In this document: in pieces, positions 25,641 through 37,245 of the stretch
Layout of the letters: each line of letters begins with the position of its first letter
Position numbering within the stretch: position 1 is the stretch's first letter
Notes under the pieces: generated by a model
Told to the model about the DNA's origin: nothing
The model's input: only the letters and a program-made list of their open reading frames with translations
Databases searched by the model: none
Made by a program: the position numbers and the translations under genes
Source: Octopus sinensis
Taxonomy: Eukaryota
Assembly (NCBI RefSeq): GCF_006345805.1
Contig: NC_043012.1
Location: 52,762,001 to 52,826,000 of the forward strand
DNA length: 64,000 nucleotides
Direction of reading: 5' to 3'

Positions 25641-26155
25641 CACCAATTTAGTAATATTGCTCTAATGTGTATAAAGGCAGAAATATGTTCATAAATTATA
25701 CAGAAGCGAAGTTCAATAAACGGCAATGTTTATCATAGTATGGCAGACTATAAAAGTGAATGAAGTCAACGGAATAAATATTCTATTTGACTATATGGAA
25801 TTAATATAACAACACTGTGTAACACGATTTTTGTTCTTCAGTAGCAACTGTTATTTCTTATTTGCTTACCCCTAGAAAGTATGAAAAATAGCTAATAGTT
25901 CCTTCAAACTTCGCTCCACCACTTCTGCTCATGGCCAGAGATGCACATATTATCAGCCGCAAAGGGATATACTCAAGTGGTTAATGTCAAGCAACGGACG
26001 AGCAAATCTGTGGCATTGAGCAGAATGTTTGCTATAAAGATATTCCTGTTTCAGCAACCCAACGCTGAATTTGTCTGAAATATAATGGAAATTAGGTCAA
26101 TTTCAATATATTGAAGCCCAGGTCACAAAAGATTGAAGAAAATGGTAGACATTTC

Positions 26156-26579
26156 GGATCTTTTCCGTTTGAACGGCAGTTTTTTTCTAGCTGTGTCATA
26201 TGAAATTGTCACCCATAATTATGACCCTAGTATCGATCTATTGCATTTCAATCTATTTTAGGGTTAGGGTTAGGGTTAAGGGTGGGGGGAAGGGTATCTT
26301 TTTTTTCTTCACAAATGTAAATAAACCCAATCTGTTTCTTAAACGAGGGACATATTCATACGGCACAGAATGTTTTTTACCTCAAATACATCAGTGATTG
26401 GTTGAAATTGCAGAAATTGATGAAAAAAAACAACAAATATCTTACAAACTATAGAATTTTCTCAATAAAGCCAAGAGAAAAAGATGTTTTATAAATACAT
26501 TCTACCAGTATACGAAGTTTAAAAGTGTTTAGTTACCTAGAAATTATGTTAAAAACTGCCGTTCAAACCGAAAAGACCC
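26156..26579. mobile_element. MITE, same family, opposite orientation
   Basis: Same TIRs; TSD GACATTTC / GTCATTTC (7 of 8 match). Confidence 0.9.
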
Positions 26580-26764
26580 GTCATTTCTTTTGATTCCTGG
26601 ACAGAAACAAATAGGAAATTTGTAATTACTATGAATAGTTCTTCTGTAAAAAGAAGGTGACTTGGAAGATTGGATGAGATATTTTCAATGTGTTACTGTA
26701 TCCGCGATGACATCATTTGGCTCACGCTGGATTAGTCTCCATATTGTCAATACTTACTATATAT

Positions 26765-26926
26765 GCGTAGGAATGGCTGTGTGGTAAGTAGCTTGCTTAC
26801 CAACAATATGGTTCTGGGTTCAGTCCCACTGCGTGGCACCCTGGGCAAGTGTCTTCTACTATAGCCTCGAGCCGACCAAAGCCTTTTGAGTGGATTTGGT
26901 AAACGGAAACTGAAAGAAGCCCGTCG

Positions 26927-26971
<45 letters not shown>

Positions 26972-27205
26972 GTGTATATGTTTGTGTGTCTGTGTTTGTC
27001 ACCTCAACATTGCTTGACAACCGATGCTGGTGTGTATACGTCTCCGTAACTTTGCGGTTCGGCAAAATAGACCGATAGAATAAGTACTAGGCTTAGAAAG
27101 AATAAGTCCTGGGGTCGATTTCCTCGACTAAAGGCGGTGCTCCAGCATGGCCAAAGTCAAATGACTGAAACAAGTAGAAGAGTAAAGAGTAAAAGAGTAA
27201 AGAGT
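26765..27205 (+). mobile_element. SINE-A
   Basis: Family match with (AAGAGTA)n-type tail. Confidence 0.85.
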
Positions 27206-27570
27206 ATAGTACTATGTAAATAATTAGTTTGGTCGCTACATTCAAGCATGCAAACCATTTTAATTGCTTTACAATACTGATTATACTGACTGACCAAGAA
27301 CAGTAAAACTATTGAATCGTCAGATAAATAGGTTCGTTCCTCCCCACCCCACCTCCTTAAATTGGCACTCCATCGTCATCTGGTCATCGTCATCTGTCTA
27401 AAAAGAAGTTAAATTTATTCAGATTTCAAAAACGATAAACAAGAATTTTAGAAGAAAAAAAAAGAACTACAACAAAGAAAACAAGTAAAAAAAACCATGA
27501 ACACTCCTATAAAATCTTTTTGTGTCAGCTGAAATAACATTGGAAAGGTTAAAATGATTTTATCTTTTTA

Positions 27571-27928
27571 TCTTTTATTTGTTTCAGTCATTACCTTGCG
27601 GTCATGCTGAAGCACCGCCTTTAGTCGAGCAAGTCGACCCCAGGACTTATTCTTTGTAAGCCTAGTACTTATCCTATCGGTCTCTTTTGCCGAACCACTA
27701 GGTTACGGGGACGTAAACACACCACCATCGGTGTCTGTGTTTGGTCCCTCCAACATCGCTTGACAACCGATGCTGGTGTGTTTACGTCCCCGTAACTTAG
27801 CGGTTCGGCAAAAGAGACCGATAGAATAAGTACTAGGCTTACAAAGAATAAGTCCTGGGATCGATTTGCTCGACTGAAGGCGGTGCTTCAGAATGGCTGC
27901 AGTCAAATGACTGAAACAAGTAAAAGAG
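27571..27928. repeat. Head-to-head inverted pair of SINE-A 3' halves
   Basis: ~160-bp arms at 27571-27732 (-) and 27766-27928 (+). Confidence 0.8.
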
Positions 27929-28221
27929 TAACAGAGAGAGAGAGTGACTTCTGTATACATTTTTCGCTGTCACCAATACATTTACTGTAAAACTGTTTTG
28001 AATGCATGTCTATATAAATAACTTTCAATAATAAAGTTCTTTGATGAACTGTAATTAAATTAAATTAGATCTGTAGGCATGGCTGGTTGGTTAAGAAGCT
28101 TGCTTTGCAACCATGTCAATTCGGGATCAATTCCACTGCGTGGCACTTTGTGAGTGAATTTGATAGACAGAAAATGTGCGGAAGCCTGCCACATTTATAT
28201 ATATATATATATATATATATA

Positions 28222-28604
28222 CTAGCAGTATCGCCCGGCGTTGCTCAGGTTTGTAAGGGAAATAACTATAAAGCATTTTTAGAGAGTTATAGCCAAAAAA
28301 TAGCAAAAAAATGGAAAAAAAATGATGGTAAATTTTTTTGAGAGTTAAAAAAGGTGGAGTTGCGTCCCCTAGACGGTCTGTGGTTTGGGTTTCTGATTCT
28401 CGACCCCATGTCGAATTTATCGATTTTTTTCAGAACTGGGGGAACTTTTCAAAATTTTCGCTGCGTTAGTTTTGAATTATGACATTGGGCTATGTGTGTG
28501 TCAAGTTTCATCAGAATCGGTTGAAAGCCGTGGTCAGAGTGAGGGTACGAGAAAACAGACACACAGAAAACGCACAGACAAACTGCCGTTTATATAGAGA
28601 GAGA
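28222..28604 (-). mobile_element. Non-autonomous Helitron
   Basis: On the minus strand: A|TC 5' end, 3' end CTAG|T, with a subterminal GC-rich hairpin (CCTGAGCAACGCCGGG). Confidence 0.8.
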
Positions 28605-29051
28605 TATATGTATATATATATGTATGTATATATGTATATATGTATGTTTGTATGTATGTATGCATGTGGTGTGCGTATGTGAGTATATGTATGTGTGTTT
28701 GTGTGCGTGTGTGCGTGCGTGCGTGTCTAAGTTTTCACCCATGGCTAAATAACTGGCGTTCGTTTGTTTACTTCTCCATAACCTAACGGTTCAGCAAAAA
28801 AGTTTATATAATAAGTGCCAAACGTTAAAAAAAATAAGTGGTATGGTCGATTTATTAGACGAAACCCTTCCAAGTGGTGCCCCAGCATCGTCGCAGTCCA
28901 ATGACTGAGGCAAGTAAAAGTTTAAAAACCATACAGATTCTCCCTTCTGATTTAGCTAAGTCTACCTAAGGGTGTTTGTTACCAGGGTTCGTTTTCGAAT
29001 TACGGAATTCGTAAGTACTGCATAATCACCTGCTCCCTTTATATGCCATAA

Positions 29052-29280
29052 TATGACACGTCGTCCGTTTAAAAATGATACTGACAGGTTTATAATAAAT
29101 TTGGAGGGAATTTTATTATATCAAAGTACCCAAGAAACTTTACACATCACATTAGGAAGATTTATTACTCTTATTTCGGATGTATTTCGGATGTGCCATT
29201 AGTAATGAGGACAACATATGGGTGCCACATGTTTGTTGGTAAACTGTACTAGGAATTGATGAAAATTTATTTTTTCAATG
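29052..29280 (+). pseudogene. Fossil DNA-transposase N-terminus (possibly Chapaev-like)
   Basis: RNFTHHIRKIYYSYFGC, then an 11-bp duplication frameshift, then AISNEDNIWVPHVC, resembling the YFGxxxGDQDKxWxPHxCC motif. The superfamily assignment is from memory. Confidence 0.55.
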
Positions 29281-29764
29281 TGATGCAAATGTGTCAGAAT
29301 TTGGAGAGAATAAATAAATCACACCAGGCATTGTTACTTTTGTATGATCATGAGAAAAGGGGACACACACACACACACAGAAGCAAGAAGAGTATTTCTT
29401 ATCCAAATTAGCATCCCATTATTTGTCATGAGCTCAGATTACCTCATCAAATCATCTACCATTTTTCTGATAATGACTTTAATGTTATATCGGATCAACG
29501 GAAAATCAAGAACTGAGTTTGAACGAGATAACGAATTCTAGGAGAGGTTACATTTTAGCACTTAAATGACATTAACACAACAAATAACCTTGTACGTAGT
29601 TTAAACTTAAAATTAAAAATGGTACCTCATGGCATCACACCTACAAGGGTGGACTTACTGGGTACAATGACCAAGATAACAACACACCATCATCAAAAAT
29701 CGTAATAGCTAGACACATTCTTTCTGTAGGATGGTGATCTCTGTCTCTGTACCAGTCATTTCTT

Positions 29765-30345
29765 GGGGTGAACTGGCAGAAATTTTAGCACGCCGGACGA
29801 AATGCTTAGCAGTATTTCGTCTGCCGCTACGTTCTGAGTTCAAATTCCGCCGAGGTTGACTTTGTTTTTCATCCTTTCGGGGTCGATTAAATAAGTACCA
29901 GTTACGCACTGGGATCGATACAATCGATTTAATCCGTGTGTCTGTTCCTGTTTGTCCCTTCTGTGTTTAGCCCCTTGTGGGCAATAAAGAAATAGGTATT
30001 TCGTCTGTGTTTACGTTCTGAGTTCAAATTCCGCCGAAGTCAACTTTGCATTTCATCCTTTCGGGGTCGATTAAATAAGTATCAGTTACGCACTGTGGTC
30101 GATATAATCGACTTATTCCGTGTGTCTGTCATTGTTTGTCCTCTCTGCGTTTAGCCCCTTGTGGGTATTAAAGAAATAGGTTGGTATTTCGTCTGTCTTT
30201 ACGTTCTGAGTTCAAATTCCGCCGAGGTCGACTTTACCTTTCATCCTTTCAGAGTCGATAAATTAAGTACCAGTTGCATAATGTGGTCATTGTAATCGAC
30301 TGGTCCCCTCCCCAAACACTTCGTGCTTTGTGCCAAGAGTAGAAA
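29765..30345 (+). mobile_element. SINE-B array
   Basis: Head, two body-plus-tail units (…AAAGAAATA|GGTATTTCG), then the native SINE-B end. Confidence 0.85.
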
Positions 30346-30692
30346 AATATACGTCATTATGTGGAGGCAGACTATGGCGGTGAGCTGACAGAATAATTAT
30401 CGCTCCGAGCAAAATGCTTAGCGGCATTTCGTTCGTCTTTATGTTCTGAAGTTCACACTGCCCCGTGGCCGATTTTACCTTTCATCCTCCCTGGGTCGAT
30501 AAAATAAATACCCGTTGAACACGAGTCCATGCAATCGACTTATTATCCCTTCCTAGAAATTGCTGGCCTTGTGACCAAATTTGAAACCATTATTTGGAAG
30601 CAGATTTCGATACCAGTGACAGGATATATTTTTTAAATGTCTCGAAACAAAGCATTGAAGTTCTGGTGATTCATAATATTGTTCGCAATCGT

Positions 30693-31120
30693 AGGATTGG
30701 CTGTGTGGTAAGTAGCTTGCTTACCAATCACATGGTTCCGGGTTCATTTCAAGTGTGTGGCACCTTGGGCAAGTGTCTTCTACTATAGCCTCGGGCCGAC
30801 CAAAGCTTTGTGGGTGGATTTGGTAGACAGAAACTGTGAGAAGCCCGTCGTATATATGTATATATGTATATATATATATATATATGTGTGTGTGTATATG
30901 TTTGTGTGTCTGTGTTTGTCCCCCCAACATCGCTTGACAACCGATGCTGGTGTGTTTACATCCTCGTAACTTAGTGATTCGGCAAAAGTGACCGATAGAA
31001 TAAGTACTATGCTTACAAAGAATAAGTCCTGGGGTCGATTTTCTCGACTAAGGGCGGTACTCCAGCATGGCCACAGTCAAATGACTGAATCAAGTAAATG
31101 AGTAAAGAGTAAAAAGTAAG
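30693..31120 (+). mobile_element. SINE-A
   Basis: Family match. Confidence 0.85.
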
Positions 31121-31442
31121 TGTATATTCGCATATATGTCGTTGGTAAGCAACCTACTTACCACACAGCCACTCCTGCGCCACTTATATATATTTTTTTC
31201 AAATATAACCACATGTGAATCGCTGGCGATTTCCTTCCTCCGTCTTTACTTCTATTGGACTTCTCTGTTTCCGAAGAAGAGCGTCTGCTAATACTTTACA
31301 TGTACCACGTCCTTACGTTGTTATGTTTTTTTCTGGTATTTATTATATATATATGTGTGTGTACGTGTTTGTGTGGCCGCGTGTGTATCGTTGGCGATTT
31401 TTTTCCTCCGTCTTCCCTTCCTTGGATCTTTCCTTTTCCTAT

Positions 31443-31477
31443 GTTTCTGACGAAGAGCTCCGCTCGAAACGTTAAAC
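31443..31477 (+). ncRNA. Minimal type I hammerhead-like motif
   Basis: GUUU CUGACGA A GAGC UCC GCUC GAAAC GUU AAAC: canonical core and palindromic ACGU stem III. Lies in a ~370-bp repeat (31216-31580) that runs into (TA)n. Confidence 0.65.
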
Positions 31478-31576
31478 CCTCCTTCCTTTCTTCTTTCCTG
31501 AGCGTCCAATAATACTATACTTGTTCCACATCTTCGCGTTGTTGTGTTTTCTCTTTGTGTTTTCATGTTTGGATTA

Positions 31577-31656
<80 letters not shown>

Positions 31657-32318
31657 ACTATCATAGCATAAAATTTCAAGTTAGCAGAGAATGAGAAAAA
31701 TGAATAGAAACATATAGAACAAAAAAAACATTTACTATTGTCTTGTCTACGTACGATTATCACAGCCACTGGCAAGTCAATAGCTGAATCATTTACCTGT
31801 CAATTTAAATGTCATCTGACATCATGTCTTATATCATTTTTACAATTTATGTATGTATGTATGTATGTATTTCTTTGTTTTATCGGATATCAATGCTACT
31901 TATAAAAACAGAAATAAAATTTGTTGATTAAACATATTGCATAAATATTTATATGCTAAAGAAAAAATATCAAATACATTATAAGCTAACGAAAAAGCGA
32001 TCTGCTAGCGAGGGCAGAGAAATCTACCGCAAATAACACCGTACTGACATTAAAAAGTGTATATATTGGACAATGTCGTTGTAGATATGCTTAAGAATAA
32101 GAAATTATTCCATAGGGAATGCATTTGGTAATTCGGTTCGCTCAGCTGAGGTTGAGCTGTGGCTAGATAACATCAAAATTTGCAAAAGCGTTAGAAATCT
32201 CATCTTTCTTGAAAGGAAACTGAATAATGTCATACATACATACACTATTAAACTATATATGGACTGCATACATGCATACATAAGTACACTATTTAAAACT
32301 GTGCATACATGTACACTT

Positions 32319-32710
32319 ACTCTTTTACTCTTTTACTTGTTTCAGTCATTTGACTGCGGCCATACTGGAGCATCGCCTTTAGTCGAGCAAATCGACCCCA
32401 GGACTTATTCTTTGTAAGCCTAGTACTTATTCTATCGGTTTCTTTTGCCGAACCGCTAAGTTACGGGGACGTAAACACACCAGCATCGGTTTTCAAGCGA
32501 TGCTGGGTGGGGAGACAAGCACAGATACACAAACATATACACACATACATATATACGACGGGCTTCTTTCAGTTTCCGTCTACCAAATGCACTCATAAAG
32601 CTTTGGTCAGCCGAGGCTATAGTAGAAGACACTTGTCGAAGGTGCCACGCAGTGGGACTACATGAGACCATGTGGTTGGTAAGCTAGCTACTTACCACAC
32701 AGCCACTCCT
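32319..32710 (-). mobile_element. SINE-A
   Basis: Family match. Confidence 0.85.
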
Positions 32711-33129
32711 ACACTATTAAACTATATTTGGACTGAGTGATTCAGAAGTTCGCGTTGGAATAATGAAGCTCCAGGTTCAATCCCCTTTCATGGATTGTCG
32801 GATAAGTGTCATAGGGTCACCCAAAACTTAGGAACCGGACTGAATTGACCGAAACACGAATGGAAACCTATTGGTTGTTAGATCCGACCTATAATTCAAA
32901 GAGGCAGGTTTGTCATACACTACGACGTCCTAATTCTACTTGAGGATTATATTAAGAGTACACATGCCTGTAGAATACTCAGCCCCTTTATATCCTGATT
33001 TAATAATTAAGTAGTTTTGTTGATCGAACATAGGACATCCATCGTCGAAACCAACGGAGATCCATTTTATAATACGTGGTGAAAAAAAAGGCATACGTTT
33101 AGAAAGTGTTTGATCATAGGTCTACGTTT

Positions 33130-33487
33130 GTAACCGCTGATATTGTTGCAGATGTTATTGTTGTTGTGATTGCTGCTGCACTCGTTGGTGATGGTGGTGG
33201 TGATTGTAGTCTTACTTTGTTCTTGCTTTTTTGTTTTGTTATTTGTTTATTTTGGATATTTTTGTTGCTGCTGTTGTTGTTTTATTGCTATTAGAGTTAA
33301 CTGTTACAGTTGTTATTTCTTAGATGCTGTTGCTAGTGCTTTTGTTGTTGCTTTTGTTGTTGTTGTTGTTGTTGATATTGTTATTGCTGAAGATGTTATT
33401 TGCAAACTGCACCTGACATTATACAGCCTTTTGTTGTTGTTCTTTTTTTACGCATGTTTCACAGTTTCCTCAGCTTCCCCCTCTCGC

Positions 33488-33526
<39 letters not shown>

Positions 33527-34343
33527 CTCTCTTACTCACTCTCTTATTCACTCTCTTACTTGCTCTCTCCTTGTCTTATTATTCCATCAGATTTTTAATC
33601 TTGTCACAGTTTATTTTTATTCCTTCCTTTATCTTCACCTCTTTCTCTCTTTCGCTCTCACTCTCTCTCTTCTCACTTTCTCTCTCTTCTCACTTTCTCT
33701 CTCTCTCTTTCTCTCTCTGCCATTCACCCACTCTAGATTTTCTGACACCTCTTCCTTCAGCCCCATTGCCTCTATCTGTCTGTCTCTCTCCCCTTTCTCC
33801 CTCTCCCTCTATCTATCTATCTATCTATCTATCTATACATATATTAGATGTAATCTTACGCTTTCATATATGAATCGCATCTTACTTTTGTCCCTCACAT
33901 TTTTCACTCTCTCTCTCTCTCTCTTTCTCACTGCCTCTCACTCTCCTTCTCTGTGCTATGATGTAACACTACACTTTCACACATCTCCATCACCTCCTTC
34001 TACATCATCTCTCATTTTTTTTAAGAAAAAATTCTAAAAAAGTATTCCAATTAATACTTCACGTGATTTTTTTTTCTTCTTTCTTTTTTTCTTCTTTTTT
34101 TTCTTCTTTTTTGTTGGTTTTTGTTTTTTGTTTTAGGTTTTTCTGCTTTTCTTTTGTTTGTTTTTGCTCTTTGAGTATCATGATATTATTCTCGCACCAC
34201 CCACTCCTTCATCTCTATCATCATCACCACCTTCAACAAACCTTATCATCATCACCAATACTACCATCATCATCAACATCATCATCACCTTCAACACCCT
34301 CATCATCGTCACCAACGTCATCACTCTCACCCAAACCAACGTT

Positions 34344-34374
<31 letters not shown>

Positions 34375-34700
34375 ATACCTACTCTTTTACTAGTGCTTAT
34401 AATCATACATCCTTTTTTCTTCTCCCCCCCCCTCTTATCTCCTAACATTTTCTTTTCTCTCTAATTTTTCACATTACCTTCCTCTCTTTCTTTTCGTATT
34501 TATTTTACTTTTTTACAGCTGTCTTTATATTTTATTTAATTATTATTATTATTATTATTATTATTATTTTACATTTTTTTCCTGTTTTTAATTCTTCAGT
34601 TTCTTCTCACCTCCACCTTCTTCTTGTTCTTTATCTTCGTAATTTCCTTTTACAATTTTTCCTCTCCTCTTACTTCTCCTCCTCCCACGTCTTCTTCTTT
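33130..34700. repeat. (GTT)n/(CT)n/(CAT)n low-complexity block
   Basis: Direct inspection. Confidence 0.9.
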
Positions 34701-34814
34701 TCCATGACTTGCACTTATTTTATCGGAAAGGAAAGTTGACACAGGCACGATTTGAACATAAACAGACTTAACTAAGTACCAAAGGTTATTCTACCTGGCC
34801 ATCTACCGATTCTA

Positions 34815-35374
34815 TTGGGTTGTCCGGAAAGTTCGTGCCGATTTAGAGTAGCTTACCTTTCGACTTATTTTAGAACATGGTTGAGTTCATAAAATAGGAT
34901 TTGACTACACCTCCATTTAGAGCACAGTTTAAGCTATCTTTTCGTGGAAGAAGGTTTATGTTCCTATAACCTGTGTCAATTCTGTAACCTTTTAAAATGG
35001 AAGATAAGAAAGTTCATTTTCGGCACTTGATGCTTTAGGAACCAGACAAAAATTGCTGCAGTTCGACTGTGATGTGTTACCTCACCCTCCATATTCACCA
35101 GGTATTGCTCCTTCGGATTTCCACTTATTCAGGTCTCTGCAGAATAGTCTTAATGGTAAAAATTTCAATTCCTTGGATGACGTAAAAAGATACCTTGATG
35201 AATTCTTTGCCATGAAACCACCTGAATTCTGGGAAGAGGGTATTTTCAAGTTAAAGGAAAGATGGAGACACATTGCGCAACAAAATGATTCATATTTGGT
35301 TGATTAAAAATGTAACGGCAAGTTGACCGTTTTCTTTCCTTTAAAAATCGGCAAGAACTTTCCGGACAACCCAA
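34815..35374 (+). mobile_element. Mariner internal-deletion derivative
   Basis: TA followed by TIR TTGGGTTGTCCGGAAAGTTCGTGCCGATTT. Transposase start MEDKKVHFRHLML is joined to the C-terminus VLPHPPYSPGIAPSDFHLFRSLQNSLNGKNF...KLKERW (mariner YSPDLAPSD motif). Confidence 0.92.
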
Positions 35375-35975
35375 AAGTTGCCATAATTATGTCTAACAAA
35401 GGCTCGTGACCAGGATTTTAAGAAGTGCTTAGTGACCCCTAGCGGTTGGGGTGTTGTATTTATGATCGCAAGATCGTGAATTCTATTTCTGAACCGGCTG
35501 TGTAATGTGTATTTGAGCAAAACACTTCATTTCCTGTTGTGAAGTTACGTGACTGCGTGGCTAAGGCTATTCGGCTCACGATTGTATGAACGTGAGTTCG
35601 ATTTCCTGCAGGCCTTTCGGTCCTTGAGCAAGACACTTTATTTCACGTTGCTCCAATCCACTCAACTTTCAAAATAAGTAATATCCGTATTTTAAAGGAC
35701 CGGCCTTGTCACATTCTTTGTCACGCTGAACCTTTTTTGAATTAGCAAAGGAAACAAACAAAGTTGCTAGTTAGAAAAGCTCTATAAGAGATGAAAGCTG
35801 TAACTATAATGAGAAGTAGTGGTTATTGCCACTTAAACGTGGCTGCTCTGTAAGAACCGACTTTACTAACATTTTAACCCCAGGAGGGATGTTGATTAAT
35901 CAGCTGGTTATTCGATGCAACTCGCACCCGATATAAATTGCAAGCAGGGAAATAAACAATATTCCAGCCTCGAAA

Positions 35976-36024
35976 CCACCAGACCATACGGTTTCGAGCT
36001 CTTCGTGCTCATCTTCGGTGGTGG
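35976..36024 (-). ncRNA. Type I hammerhead-ribozyme-like motif
   Basis: CCACCA CCGAAGA U GAGC ACGAAGA GCUC GAAA CC GUAU GG UC UGGUGG: 6-bp stem I, 4-bp stem II, 3-bp stem III, GUC cleavage triplet, U4C core variant. Confidence 0.7.
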
Positions 36025-36117
36025 ATACCTGTCCGCTAGAGAAAGCAGTAATTTACTCCAACTCACAATATAAAGAAAATGTGGTTGTTGTTGTTGTTGT
36101 TGTTTGTTCTTTCTCGA

Positions 36118-36475
36118 GCTGGCAGAAACGTTAGCGAAATGCTTAGCGATATTTCGTCTTTACGTTCTGAGTTCAATTTCCGCCGAGATCGACTTTACCT
36201 TTCATCCTTTCGGGGTCGATTAAATAAGTACCAGTTACGCACTGGGGTCGATATAATCGACTGAATCCATTTGTCTTACCTTTTTTGTCCCCTCTGTGTG
36301 TAGCCCCTTGGGGGCAGTAAAGAAATAGGTATTTCGTCTGTCTTTACGTTCTGAGTTCAACTTTACCTTTCATCCTTTCGGGGTTGATTCATTAAGTATC
36401 AGTTGTGTACTGGGGTCGATCTAATCAACTGGCCCCCTCCTCCAAAATTTCGGGCCTTGTGCCTAGAATAGAAAG
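36118..36475 (+). mobile_element. SINE-B with one composite unit
   Basis: GGGCAGTAAAGAAATA|GGTATTTCG junction. Confidence 0.8.
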
Positions 36476-37034
36476 GGATCAGCTTTAACCCACGTCGTCC
36501 TAACCGAAGGCATGTCAGTTTCATTTCACTCAGTTGCTCCAGTTCATTCAGTAGTACATAGGTGACCCTACGACGGAGTGGCGTCTCGTTCCGGACGGAG
36601 ATGTTGTGACCCTAGTTTTTATTTTATCAAACTTTGGTTAGATGAAAAGTTGACATCAGTGGAATTTGAACTCAAAAAGGGGTGAACGGTAACTAAATAC
36701 CATAAGACATTATGTTTAGACCTCTAATAATTCATAATAATTTACAACGTAGGTAGCATGTGAGAAATTTGGGAGAAGCGGAATAGTCGATAGCATCAAC
36801 CACCTCAGATGTTGATTTATTGAAGTTGTCTCGGCCTCCAGAGAATGTCATAATTACTAAAAGCTAGTTAATCTCAAGAATCAAGAATTCTCCAAGTTGA
36901 CATGCAATTAAATAAGAAAATAGGCTTTATTATCAAGAGATAGTGGAGAGTCGCGGACAAGTGATTCAAGTCAAATCGCTGCTATCTGCTCAACAGTTGT
37001 CCGATCTTCTCTCTCTCTCTCTCACACACACACA

Positions 37035-37100
<66 letters not shown>

Positions 37101-37179
37101 ATATTCATCTGTTTATATATATATATATTATATATATATATATATTCATCTGTTTATATATATATATATATATATATAT

Positions 37180-37245
37180 ATTCATCTGTTTTTATTTTAC
37201 ACGCACACACACAAACGTGTGCGTGTAAAATAAAAACAGATGAAT
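37180..37245. repeat. Perfect 29-bp inverted repeat with 8-nt loop
   Basis: ATTCATCTGTTTTTATTTTACACGCACAC-acacaaac-GTGTGCGTGTAAAATAAAAACAGATGAAT. Confidence 0.9.

Noticed and set aside
26266-26280. TTAGGG repeats as an interstitial telomere (also ~55143-55160)
   Set aside because: Only two or three units, and they are an internal part of the MITE.
35053-35307. 84-aa ORF as a SETMAR-like host gene
   Set aside because: It lies between mariner TIRs in a 560-bp deletion derivative present twice, and has no SET domain.
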